Assembly (NCBI GenBank): GCA_035698445.1
Contig: DASSBS010000048.1
Location: 4,367-68,366, forward strand
Source of the DNA: Woeseiaceae bacterium
GTDB taxonomy: Bacteria > Pseudomonadota > Gammaproteobacteria > Steroidobacterales > Woeseiaceae
Length of the DNA stretch: 64,000 bases
Direction of reading: 5' to 3'
Shown here in pieces: positions 17,714 to 26,322 of the stretch. Position 1 is the first letter of the stretch, and the number at the start of each line of letters is the position of its first letter. The translations under genes were made by a program, and so were the position numbers. Under the pieces are notes generated by a model. The model had not been told where the DNA came from, did not search any database, and worked only from the letters and a program-made list of their open reading frames with translations.

Positions 17714-19678
17714 CTAACGCAGAAGATCGCGTTCGACTCGCTGCAGGTCCTCCGTCAGCCCGAACAGCACCACCGCGTCGCCGCCCTCGAGGCAGGTATC
17801 GAGCGCCGGCGTCAGGAGCCGGCGGCCCTGCCGAACCAGCGCGGTGACGACAATACCGCTAAGGTCGAATTCCGCCAGCGCGCGACCGGCCGCCGCGCTC
17901 TCCGGCGCGACCTGCACGACGCGCAGCCGGTCGGCCTCGCGGTCACCGTCGATCTCGGCGATCGCATCGCCACGGAACTGCTCCCGGAGCAGGCGATAGC
18001 GATCGCTGCGCTGCTGCTGCATGCGCCGCATTACGCGTCCCTGCGGCACGTTGAGGAGCATCAGCGCCTGCGACGCGATCATCAGGCCGGCTTCGAGTGT
18101 CTCGGGCACGACCTCAGTCGCCCCCGCCGCGCGCAGCTCCTCGACATGCGCCTCGTCGCGCGTGCGTACCATAACCGGCAGGTCGGGATGCAGTCCGCGC
18201 ACGTGGCGCAGCGTCTCGGTGGCCGCGGAGAAGTCTTCATGGCCTATTACCAGGAGGCGTGCAGAACGCACGCCCACCGCCTTGAGGACCTCCCGGTTCG
18301 AGGAATCGCCGTAGAAGACGCGCTCGCCGGCAAGATGGGCCTCACGTACACGCGACGCATCGAGGTCAAGCGCAACGAAGGGAATTTTCTCCTCCTCCAG
18401 AAAACGCCCGACGCTCTGGCCTATGCGGCCGTATCCGCAAAGGATGACATGGTCGCTCAACGGTTCGACCGGATCCCTGTCGACCCGCGGCACCTGCGGA
18501 TCCGGCTTGCGCACCGGCCACGAGGTAAACAGGCTCGCGATCACGTGGTTATAGCGGATCAGGAACGGGGCGAGGATGATCGAGAAGAGCACCGACGTCA
18601 GCACGACCTGGCCGATCTGCGGGTCGATCGCCTCGGCCGTGAACGCGATGGCGAGCAACGCGAAGCCGAACTCGCCGCCAACCGCGAGCAGGAGGCCCGT
18701 CCGCCACGCCGTAAGTGCGTCGATCCCGGACCAGCGCACGAGCAGCGACACGATTCCGATCTTGCTCACCATCAGGATGGCGGCGCCCAGCAGCGCCCAA
18801 TGCCACAGGTAGGGGAGCGCCGCCGGATTGAAGAGCATGCCGATTCCGACGAAGAACAGGCCGAGGAGCACGTCGCGAAACGGACGGATCGTCGCCTCCA
18901 CCTGGTGACGGAACTCCGTCTCGCCGAGCACCATTCCGGCCAGAAAGCCGCCGAACGCCATTGAGAGTCCCAGTCTGTTCGTTGTCCATGCCGCCAGGAG
19001 TGAGACGAACAGCACGGTCAGAGTGAACAGCTCCGCGGACCGTCGTTCCGCCACGAGGTGAAAGAAGGGGCGCAGGAGCCAGCGGCCCAGGAAAAAGACC
19101 AGTGCGAAGGCGAGGAGTGCCTTCCCCACCGCGAGTCCGAGCGCCGTGCCCAAGGCGCTATCGGTGGCGGCAGCCCCGAGCGCGGGAACGATGACGATCA
19201 GCGGTACCGCCGTCACGTCCTGGAACACCGACATGGCGACGCCAAGCCGCCCATGCCGACTCCTCTCCTCGCCCTGTTCCGCGAGCTGCTTGCTGATCAC
19301 GGTCGTCGAGGACTGGGCGAACACGGCGCCGACGACGGCAGCCTCCGCCACGGGAAGACCGGCGAGGACGCCGATCGCACCGACAAGTACCGTCGTCAGC
19401 ACGACCTGCCCCGTGCCAAGACCGAGCACCTGGTTGCGCAAGGCAAGGATCTGCGGCAGCGAGAAGCTAAGGCCAATGGTGAACAGCAAAAATACGATGC
19501 CGAACTCCGCCAGCGCGCGAATCTGCTGCCCGTCCAGCACGGGGCCCACCGTATAGGGGCCGACGATCAGTCCAACGGACAAGTAGCCCAGGCTGGTCGG
19601 AATGTGCAAACGCTGGAACACGACGATAATCGTGACGGCGATGCCCAGCAGCAGGAGGATTTGCGTGAAGTATTCCAT
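17714..19678 (-). CDS. CPA2-family monovalent cation:proton antiporter with C-terminal TrkA-N and TrkA-C (RCK) domains (YbaL/KefB-like)
   Basis: ORF 17714..19729 trimmed to ATG 19678 (MEYFTQILLLLGIAV...). Roughly 12 TM segments, Rossmann motif ILCGYGRIGQSVG, and a TrkA-C segment (RVVQVAPESAAAGRALAEFDL...). Confidence 0.9.
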   Translation of the reverse strand: MEYFTQILLLLGIAVTIIVVFQRLHIPTSLGYLSVGLIVGPYTVGPVLDGQQIRALAEFGIVFLLFTIGLSFSLPQILALRNQVLGLGTGQVVLTTVLVGAIGVLAGLPVAEAAVVGAVFAQSSTTVISKQLAEQGEERSRHGRLGVAMSVFQDVTAVPLIVIVPALGAAATDSALGTALGLAVGKALLAFALVFFLGRWLLRPFFHLVAERRSAELFTLTVLFVSLLAAWTTNRLGLSMAFGGFLAGMVLGETEFRHQVEATIRPFRDVLLGLFFVGIGMLFNPAALPYLWHWALLGAAILMVSKIGIVSLLVRWSGIDALTAWRTGLLLAVGGEFGFALLAIAFTAEAIDPQIGQVVLTSVLFSIILAPFLIRYNHVIASLFTSWPVRKPDPQVPRVDRDPVEPLSDHVILCGYGRIGQSVGRFLEEEKIPFVALDLDASRVREAHLAGERVFYGDSSNREVLKAVGVRSARLLVIGHEDFSAATETLRHVRGLHPDLPVMVRTRDEAHVEELRAAGATEVVPETLEAGLMIASQALMLLNVPQGRVMRRMQQQRSDRYRLLREQFRGDAIAEIDGDREADRLRVVQVAPESAAAGRALAEFDLSGIVVTALVRQGRRLLTPALDTCLEGGDAVVLFGLTEDLQRVERDLLR

Positions 19679-20101
19679 CTTCTGGAGTCGCTGACTTTCT
19701 TTGTAGGGACGCGCGGTCTCCCGACGCAACGCGATGAGATCGCCCGCGGGCAGCCGCCTCGGTGCACGGCCGTGAGTCGCGCCACCTAGTGTAACCTGCC
19801 GCCCTCACGGCGGGCGCAGGCTGTGCTTTGTAGTCGTCGCAGCGCCGCGATGCACCCCGGAAGTGGATGCAGGCCATTGAGCGTGCGGACCCGGCGTGGC
19901 TCGGCAATCCGAGAGTCCGGGCAGCGGCCTTGGCGACGCGGGTGCACTTTGACGAGTTTGGGACGATGGCCTGAACGTAGGTCGCCCCCGCCGCGCGGGT
20001 ACTTTCTAACGAAACCCTCCCTTAGTTCACAGAATTGACCGCCATACAACCCGTACCGTTACGGTCTGTCGTGAAATCCAGTTGGGGAGAGGGGGCTGGA
20101 A

Positions 20102-20416
20102 ATGGCTCACCCAAAAGGACGAAAGTGGACGCGGGTCTTGGCGGGCACCATCGACGATGTGGACACCGCCGACACGTCAACCACCGCTCACGTGGAGATC
20201 GCGGATACTGCCGAATTCAAAGCATTGGTCGAACTTGAGCACGAATTATTTAACGACGATGGACCGGTCGACGTAACCTGCGAGACGGACATTGCAGAAA
20301 CGTTCGAAGAACTGCTGGCGATCACTGATAGTTTTGGAAAGACGACAGAGCCAGACGATGGAGAGAATCCTGGCTTCGACCCTTACAACAACATCGAGGA
20401 CATCGAGCGAAGCTAA
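20102..20416 (+). CDS. Hypothetical small acidic protein
   Basis: ORF 20102..20416 with a G-rich RBS. Very acidic (many D/E) and ends ...GENPGFDPYNNIEDIERS. No family recognised. Lies in a visibly lower-G+C stretch. Confidence 0.45.
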   Translation: MAHPKGRKWTRVLAGTIDDVDTADTSTTAHVEIADTAEFKALVELEHELFNDDGPVDVTCETDIAETFEELLAITDSFGKTTEPDDGENPGFDPYNNIEDIERS

Positions 20417-20440
20417 ACCACGTCGCGTCCCCACGGAGTG

Positions 20441-21520
20441 TTAGTGAGGATCATCCGTTCTGCTTCCCTGCTTCCGAGGCAAGTCAAGCCTGAAGCAGCA
20501 CCCCTCTCCCGGCTCGTTATCGACGTGTACGGTGCCGCCGTGCGCTTCCGCGGCTTGCTTGACGATCACCAGCCCAAGTCCCGAACCACCTTCTTCGGAG
20601 CGTCCCCGCACGAATGGCTGGAACAAGCGCGGCAGAAACGCCTCCGCAATGCCGCCGCACTGGTCTCCCACTTCAAAAAGTGCGCGTCCACCTTGAGATC
20701 GGGCCCGGACGACAATGCGGCCGCCTTCTCGCGTGAACTTGACCGCGTTCTTCAACAGGTTGGTCAGCGCGGACAGAAGAATTGTGCGGTCGCCGTCGAG
20801 CTTGAACTGGTCTACTTCGGTCGAGAGCGTCAATCGTCGATCCTCGATCTGCGGCGCGAGATCATCGCACACGTGGTCAATGAGATCGCTTGAAAGGAGG
20901 CGCTCTATGTTGAGCTGCGGATCGCTATAGAGACGTGCCTCGACGAGAAAATCATCCACCAAGTCGGAAAGCTGCTCAAGCGCACGCTCTAACCGCTCCA
21001 GAACTTTCGGCCGCCCGGCTTCCGGAATTTTTGCAAGCGCCTGCGCGGCCAGACGGGCGTTGTGCAGCGGATTGCGAATTTCGTGAGCGATGAAGGAAAA
21101 ATGCTGCGCTGACAGGTCAGCAAGCTGCTTGTCGCGTAGAATGGCATAGGCGTTGACCGATGCGGCCGCGCCGTGGCCGATGATGATCATCATGCGCACC
21201 AGTTCGTCATTGCCGATGTTCTCGCCTGACTCGTCCACCAGCTCGACGATGGTCGCACCGACGAGGGTCATTTCCGTGGAGAGACTGCCGATGTTCACGC
21301 CGAGCCGCATTCGTTGCCGACCGTGCTGTTCGGCGCCCTCGAAATGCGGCCAATGCCCGGCAGGATCGCGCAGCGCCTCGACGAGATCGGCAATGAAGTG
21401 CGGAAGATCGTTGCGAAGCTGCGCCTCGTCGAGGTCAAGGGACAGGCACTCAACCACGTTTTCTGCCCATCGCGCGACGAGCCGGTCCCTGTTCGATTCG
21501 ATGAAATCAGCTAATTTCAT
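20441..21520 (-). CDS. Sensor histidine kinase with RsbRD_N-like N-terminal domain
   Basis: ORF 20441..21520. N-terminus MKLADFIESNRDRLVARWAENVV, H-box FIAHEIRNPL, N-box LLKNAVKFT, then DQCGGI and GSGLGLVI. Confidence 0.85.
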   Translation of the reverse strand: MKLADFIESNRDRLVARWAENVVECLSLDLDEAQLRNDLPHFIADLVEALRDPAGHWPHFEGAEQHGRQRMRLGVNIGSLSTEMTLVGATIVELVDESGENIGNDELVRMMIIIGHGAAASVNAYAILRDKQLADLSAQHFSFIAHEIRNPLHNARLAAQALAKIPEAGRPKVLERLERALEQLSDLVDDFLVEARLYSDPQLNIERLLSSDLIDHVCDDLAPQIEDRRLTLSTEVDQFKLDGDRTILLSALTNLLKNAVKFTREGGRIVVRARSQGGRALFEVGDQCGGIAEAFLPRLFQPFVRGRSEEGGSGLGLVIVKQAAEAHGGTVHVDNEPGEGCCFRLDLPRKQGSRTDDPH

Positions 21521-21779
21521 TTGCCTGCTCTAAATCATCCTCGGCATCGGCATCGAGTACGGGTAGCTGATAGGGCGCTTTTCCTATAAGCAAACTGAAC
21601 AGGCGTTCCGCGAATGCCGCCGTTTCTCCCGCATGAGCCAAGTCGATCATCGCGTCTCGTTTGTCGTTGCTCTCCCGCATGTTCTCGACTGACCGCCGGG
21701 CGGTGTGAATTGATTTCATGGCCTTCCTGAGGAAAGCCACACCTTCTTCAATGTCCGCGCAATCGTCGTCGCTGCTCAT
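21507..21779 (-). CDS. Small helical protein of unrecognised family, translationally coupled to the histidine kinase (paralog of 30579..30797)
   Basis: ORF 21507..21824 trimmed to ATG 21779 by homology (MSSDD vs MNSDD). Its stop overlaps the kinase start by 14 nt. By hand alignment about 31 of 66 residues are identical to the 30579..30797 product. Confidence 0.6.
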   Translation of the reverse strand: MSSDDDCADIEEGVAFLRKAMKSIHTARRSVENMRESNDKRDAMIDLAHAGETAAFAERLFSLLIGKAPYQLPVLDADAEDDLEQANEIS

Positions 21780-21982
21780 CTGCATCCGGTGGATTTTGCT
21801 GGGCGTTAAGCCGTCCAAGGGCAAAGTATAGCGAATACCTGCACGCCGACAGCCGCCGCGGCCGGCTGTTCAGGTGGGCGCTGAGGTATGTTATTCGAGC
21901 ATGATTCAGCTCCGGCTCGCCACCGGCTGTCGTTCTATTGCATCGTCGGTAAAAAGAACGAGCCGTGCCCACTCACCGCGCT

Positions 21983-22180
21983 TCAGAGAGACCGGCGCCA
22001 ATCCTCGACTTCGCGCTTGGTCTCCTCCCGCGACTTACCGTAGCGTTCCTGGATCCTGCCTTCGAGCTCATCCCTGTTGCCCTTTATCCAATCCAAGTCG
22101 TCATCGGTCAGTTTGCCCCATTTTTGCCGAGCTTGACCCGTCAGCTTCTTCCAGTTGCCTTTAACCTGATCCCAGTTCAT
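21983..22180 (-). CDS. csbD: CsbD-family general stress protein
   Basis: ORF 21983..22351 trimmed to ATG 22180 (GGAG RBS). MNWDQVKGNWKKLTGQARQKWGKLTDDDLDWIKGNRDELEGRIQERYGKSREE is the classic CsbD pattern. Confidence 0.85.
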   Translation of the reverse strand: MNWDQVKGNWKKLTGQARQKWGKLTDDDLDWIKGNRDELEGRIQERYGKSREETKREVEDWRRSL

Positions 22181-22381
22181 GACGTGCTCCGATCCGCTAT
22201 AGGTGTGAAAATCGCGTGGCAAGCAGTTTTCGTGCCAATCCGGATCCCGCGGGCCACCTCGGTGGCGAGATGCTGATCGGATGTTACGGCTGAGGAGCCG
22301 ATCCAATGGACCTGGAGGCGTGCGATCGGACCTAAGAAAGGCGGCTTCCACGGAACTGAGTTACCGACCGCGCGAGCTCGG

Positions 22382-22957
22382 TCAGAATCGATAGCGGATC
22401 CCGAGATGCGCGCTTTCTTCGATTTCACGGCTGCTGTTCAGCAACTCGATCTCGAACGTCCGGTAACCGATGAATCCGATCACACGGTCAGTAAGGGGTA
22501 ATTCGATGCGCGCAGCCAGATCCATCAAATTGTCCGCCGCGCCAAAGCTCATGATATCCGGCGCGTAGGCTGCCTGCGCGACGACGAAGACGTCTTGGCG
22601 GCGCAGGAGCTCCAGCCGGACTTCCGCGCCGAGAGCGACTGAAAAGACGTCGGTATTTTCCGTGCTCAGCAGGGCCGCATAGGCTATCGGGCCGGCCTTG
22701 ACCGTCAGGGACCTCGATTGAAGCTCGTCCGGTTCGAAGTAGTAGTGTCCCGTGGCGACGATATCCCGGCTCTCGTTCAGCAAGAGTCCCAAGCCGAGCT
22801 CGTCCGAGTTGCCGGCGCCGTAGCCCGACAGCAGGATACGGAGCTGCACCGACTCGTCGCTAATTGCAGCTTCAACGGCGGACTCTTCCGCGAGTCCCTC
22901 GCCCGCCATCACTACAAACATGACCCCTACCCCCAGGAAAACGGTTCGATGCATCAT
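22382..22957 (-). CDS. Outer-membrane beta-barrel protein (YfaZ-like)
   Basis: ORF 22382..23011 trimmed to ATG 22957. Signal peptide MMHRTVFLGVGVMFVVMAGEGLA, alternating beta-strand pattern, and C-terminal ...HLGIRYRF ending in an aromatic residue. Confidence 0.6.
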   Translation of the reverse strand: MMHRTVFLGVGVMFVVMAGEGLAEESAVEAAISDESVQLRILLSGYGAGNSDELGLGLLLNESRDIVATGHYYFEPDELQSRSLTVKAGPIAYAALLSTENTDVFSVALGAEVRLELLRRQDVFVVAQAAYAPDIMSFGAADNLMDLAARIELPLTDRVIGFIGYRTFEIELLNSSREIEESAHLGIRYRF

Positions 22958-23074
22958 CGCATTTTGTTCCCTCCGGACAAGTCCGCGGTTCGGCGCGTCC
23001 ACGCGGCGCAATCCCTGAGGCCAGCGCCGGGCTTGTTTAAGCGGGCGCGTTGCAGTCTCTTATGCGAGCATGGT

Positions 23075-24007
23075 TCAGTTCCGGTTCACCACCGGCTGCC
23101 TTTCCGTCGCTTCCTCGGCAAAGGAGCCGTCGCGCTCTGACACCACGATCTCTACACGACGGTTCTGCTGGCGACCCGCCGTGGTTTCGTTGGTGGCCAC
23201 CGGGTAGTCCTCGCCGAGGCCCACCGGGCGCAGCCGACTGCTCGAGATGCCGCGCTCGACCAGCGCCTCCGTAACTGCGTAGGCGCGCTGCAACGACAGT
23301 CGCTGGTTGTATTGGTCGCTGCCGCGCGCGTCGGTGTGGCCTTCGATGCGCAGGCGGCGATCGGGATGGTCGCGCAGGAAATCCGCCAAGCGGTTCATGG
23401 CTCTGGACGCGCCCGCCTTCAGTTCCGCCTGGTCCGTTTCAAAGAGCACGTCGTCCAAGGTAAGGACCAGGCCACGTTCGGTCTGCTTCGCCTCTAGCGA
23501 AGCGAGTTCCTGCTGCAGCCGCTGCATCTCCGCAGCCGAAGCTTCAGCCGTCTGGCGCGCCTGCTGCGCTTGCTGGCGCAGCTGTTCCGCTTCTTCGGCG
23601 CGCGCTTCGGCCCGCATCCGCGCCCGCTCGGCCGCGGCTGTCCGAGCCTCGAGTTGCACACGCATGCGCTCGGCTTCCGCTTGGTCGATACGTTCGAGCG
23701 CCTCGGCCTCCGCGATGCGTTCCAGGCCGATCTCGGCCGCGACTCGCGCCGTATACGCCTCGTGCAATATCAGCGGCATCGGCTCGCCCGCTTCATGCGC
23801 GGTTTCCGCCCTGGCCAGCGCGGAGCGGGCCTTGTTCAACTGGGGCGCCGCCAACGACTGGGCCAGCGGTTCCCGCTCCAATGTCTGTACGGTGGCGCGC
23901 GCCTGTTCCAGTTCGTCGATGCGCTCGGGCGTGCTCGCACAGCCCGCAAGCAGCAGCATGGCCGTGGCTCCCAGCCCGGTGCAGCCCCTGAGAAATGTGG
24001 CATTCAT
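23075..24007 (-). CDS. OmpA-family lipoprotein with N-terminal DUF4398-like helical domain and long coiled coil
   Basis: ORF 23075..24007. Lipobox LLLAGC and an Ala/Glu/Arg-rich coiled coil. OmpA-C domain: LVLTLDDVLFETDQAEL...RLRIEGHTDARGSDQYNQRLSLQRAYAV...NRRVEIVV. Confidence 0.9.
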   Translation of the reverse strand: MNATFLRGCTGLGATAMLLLAGCASTPERIDELEQARATVQTLEREPLAQSLAAPQLNKARSALARAETAHEAGEPMPLILHEAYTARVAAEIGLERIAEAEALERIDQAEAERMRVQLEARTAAAERARMRAEARAEEAEQLRQQAQQARQTAEASAAEMQRLQQELASLEAKQTERGLVLTLDDVLFETDQAELKAGASRAMNRLADFLRDHPDRRLRIEGHTDARGSDQYNQRLSLQRAYAVTEALVERGISSSRLRPVGLGEDYPVATNETTAGRQQNRRVEIVVSERDGSFAEEATERQPVVNRN

Positions 24008-24411
24008 CGGGAGCCTCCCTCGTCGGATTGATAGCGTTGATTGCGGGCGATTTCTTCCCGCAGAACGGCAATGCTCTTCTCCAGTTCCTGGACGGCCGCC
24101 TGCGCTTTGCCCGTACGCGCCTTTGCCGCGGCCAGCTCCGCGGCCATAGTCGCTTCTTCTGCGCGCCGTTGAGCTACCAGCATCTCATCTTCGGCGACGG
24201 CACTTCTGGCTTGGGCCAGCTTGCTCCTGGCATTGTCCAGCTGCACCGGAGCGTAACGGCGGGCATCCGATTGCTCAGCCTGCTCGATAGCGGCTTCCGC
24301 TCTAGCCAGGTCTTGGTTCGGTCGCTCGTCGGTGCCGGCGCAGGCGCCAAGGGTGACCACGAGGACTAGCCCGGCAAGAGCTGGCGCCGGAGCTCTGATT
24401 GCATGTGGCAT
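24004..24411 (-). CDS. DUF4398-like lipoprotein
   Basis: ORF 24004..24477 trimmed to ATG 24411. Lipobox TLGAC and helical repeats (DLARAEAAIEQAEQSDARRYAPVQLDNARSKLAQA). Its stop overlaps the ompA-like start (ATGA). Confidence 0.75.
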   Translation of the reverse strand: MPHAIRAPAPALAGLVLVVTLGACAGTDERPNQDLARAEAAIEQAEQSDARRYAPVQLDNARSKLAQARSAVAEDEMLVAQRRAEEATMAAELAAAKARTGKAQAAVQELEKSIAVLREEIARNQRYQSDEGGSR

Positions 24412-24842
24412 GGTCGATCTCCCGTTGTTCCGGCCCTGCGGCACTAGTCGCGGGGCCCCGCTGGCATGTTGTAGCAAGAATGTAGGCAGGATTCATGCCA
24501 TTAGACGCGCTGCGGGGGCGCTGCCCAAAGTACTTTTTCGGGGTAAGGCCGGTAGGCGCGCCAATCTCGGCCGAAAGCCGACGACAGCGCTGAGTTTCCT
24601 ATGTGCCGAGCCGCTACCTATGAGACCGCAAGGACGAGTCCGCATCGTCAACATCGATGCGCAGGCCCGAACTCGCGCGACAGCGTTCGGAGAGCCGCGT
24701 CGTACTTCCAGCAGGCGGCCTCCGCTCCGAGAAGCATCGGGCGTGGAGCCGCGGGTTGGTTGGGTTGGGATCGGTTCGAACCGGAGCCCCTTCCGGCGCT
24801 AGCGGCGACCGGCATCGTCAAGCCGGTCAGCCAGCCAATTCG

Positions 24843-25748
24843 TCATCGAGTCCCAGTCTGCTCCAGCTCGACACTTAAGCCGACCAGATTCGTGACGCGC
24901 TCCTCGAACGCTTCTTCGATCTCCTTCGTCTCCGTGAGATCCTGCAGCAGGATCACGGCGCCGACGATTCTCTTGTCGAGGCCGCGCAGGGGCAAGGTCG
25001 ACGTGATGATGGTCTTCGTGGTGTCGTCGCAACACCGGATTCGCAAGGGCTTGCTGTGAGACGCCTGCCCATCGCGAACAGCGCGTGCAAGGGGCGCGTC
25101 GTGGTCCTTGATTGCCTTTCCGCCCGTATCCCACCAGCCGAGAATCTCGCCATACGCGTCTCTTTCGGCAGGCTCGACGGATTTCAGGATGCGCGAAACT
25201 TCTTCCGTGGTCTGGACGATGCGTCCTTCGGCGTCGGCGATGAGAACACCGGCCGGCAGACTCTCGAGAACGGCCGACAGCTTGCGACCGACCTTCAGGA
25301 GCTCTTCGGATTCGCGAACCTGACGTTCTCTCTCCTTGAGCATTTGAGCTCTATGCCTGAACGACGCATAGATGCCAATCTTCATCCGCAAGATGTCGGG
25401 ATCGAAGGGTTTGCCGAAATAGTCGATACCGCCTGCGGCATAACCTCGCTTGATGTGTGGGTGCTCATAGTAGACGGCGGTAATGAAGACGATAGGAATG
25501 TCTTCACAGGTTGCAATCGCCTTGATCCGCTCAGCCGTTTCAAAACCGTCCATGCCCGGCATCTGCACGTCCAGGAGGATCACGTCGATGTCGTCCCTTG
25601 CTTCCAGGATCGCAATTGCTTCGTCACCGGAGATTGCACGGACTATGTTGTGCTCTGTTTCCAGGACTGCCTCCAGCGCGAGCAGATTCGCGGGCTGATC
25701 GTCCACCGCCAATACGTTGGGCTTTCGCAGATAACCATTCGAGCTCAT
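24843..25748 (-). CDS. Response regulator: receiver domain plus C-terminal PAS domain
   Basis: ORF 24843..25760 (TTG); ATG 25748 used. REC motifs VLAVDDQPANL, DVILLDVQMPGMDGFE and YFGKPFD. Then a coiled linker and PAS (LESLPAGVLIADAEGRIV...GAVILLQDLTE). Confidence 0.85.
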   Translation of the reverse strand: MSSNGYLRKPNVLAVDDQPANLLALEAVLETEHNIVRAISGDEAIAILEARDDIDVILLDVQMPGMDGFETAERIKAIATCEDIPIVFITAVYYEHPHIKRGYAAGGIDYFGKPFDPDILRMKIGIYASFRHRAQMLKERERQVRESEELLKVGRKLSAVLESLPAGVLIADAEGRIVQTTEEVSRILKSVEPAERDAYGEILGWWDTGGKAIKDHDAPLARAVRDGQASHSKPLRIRCCDDTTKTIITSTLPLRGLDKRIVGAVILLQDLTETKEIEEAFEERVTNLVGLSVELEQTGTR

Positions 25749-26322
25749 AAATGCATCCAAGACAGCAGGCCGCCCGCGCGGTGACGGAAATCAGTCGTGG
25801 GCAAGTCAGCCGCCTCGCCCAGTTCACAGGCCTGCAAGGCTGGGTGAAATGGACGAAGTGAGGCGGTCGATCAGGGTTGCGGGCAGTTCGCCGATCGAAC
25901 TGTCAGGTAATCACAAGGTTCGGTTCGCGATTTTTACGCTCATCAAGAGCAGTTCCGAGCACTGGCTACTATAGACGCAAGGAACCGCGAAAGCCACGAG
26001 AGAGGCAGCGCAGTAGGAGGCACTGCGCCGGCTGGTAAATTTTACAATTTCGAGCCGCTTCGTTACCGATGACCTTCGTCGGCCAATCCCGTGGGGGGAG
26101 GTCACGCGGCGCCTCAAGCTCGCTCCGGTTGGCGTTCGTCCCGGTTCTGTTGTAGATTTCGGTCCGGGTCGCCTGCCGGCGATTTCCCACACTCTTACAG
26201 CAGATAACTGAAAAAGCGGTCTCGCCCCCGCGCGGCGGCCAATCGACGGCAGTCCGCGGTCGCGTGCGTCTGCATTCCCATTACAGCCGAAACCACGGCG
26301 CGGCAAGGCGGAGGATGACACC

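Noticed and set aside
17432-18964. 510-aa ORF antisense to the CPA2 antiporter
   Set aside because: Arg/Asp/His-rich with no TM segments or motifs. The opposite strand encodes a complete transporter.
24772-24783. CGGTTCGAACCG palindrome resembling a tRNA T-arm in the 24.5-24.8 kb intergenic region
   Set aside because: The flanking sequence cannot be folded into an acceptor stem or anticodon arm. It is a short palindrome (containing a TTCGAA core) that is likely to occur by chance.
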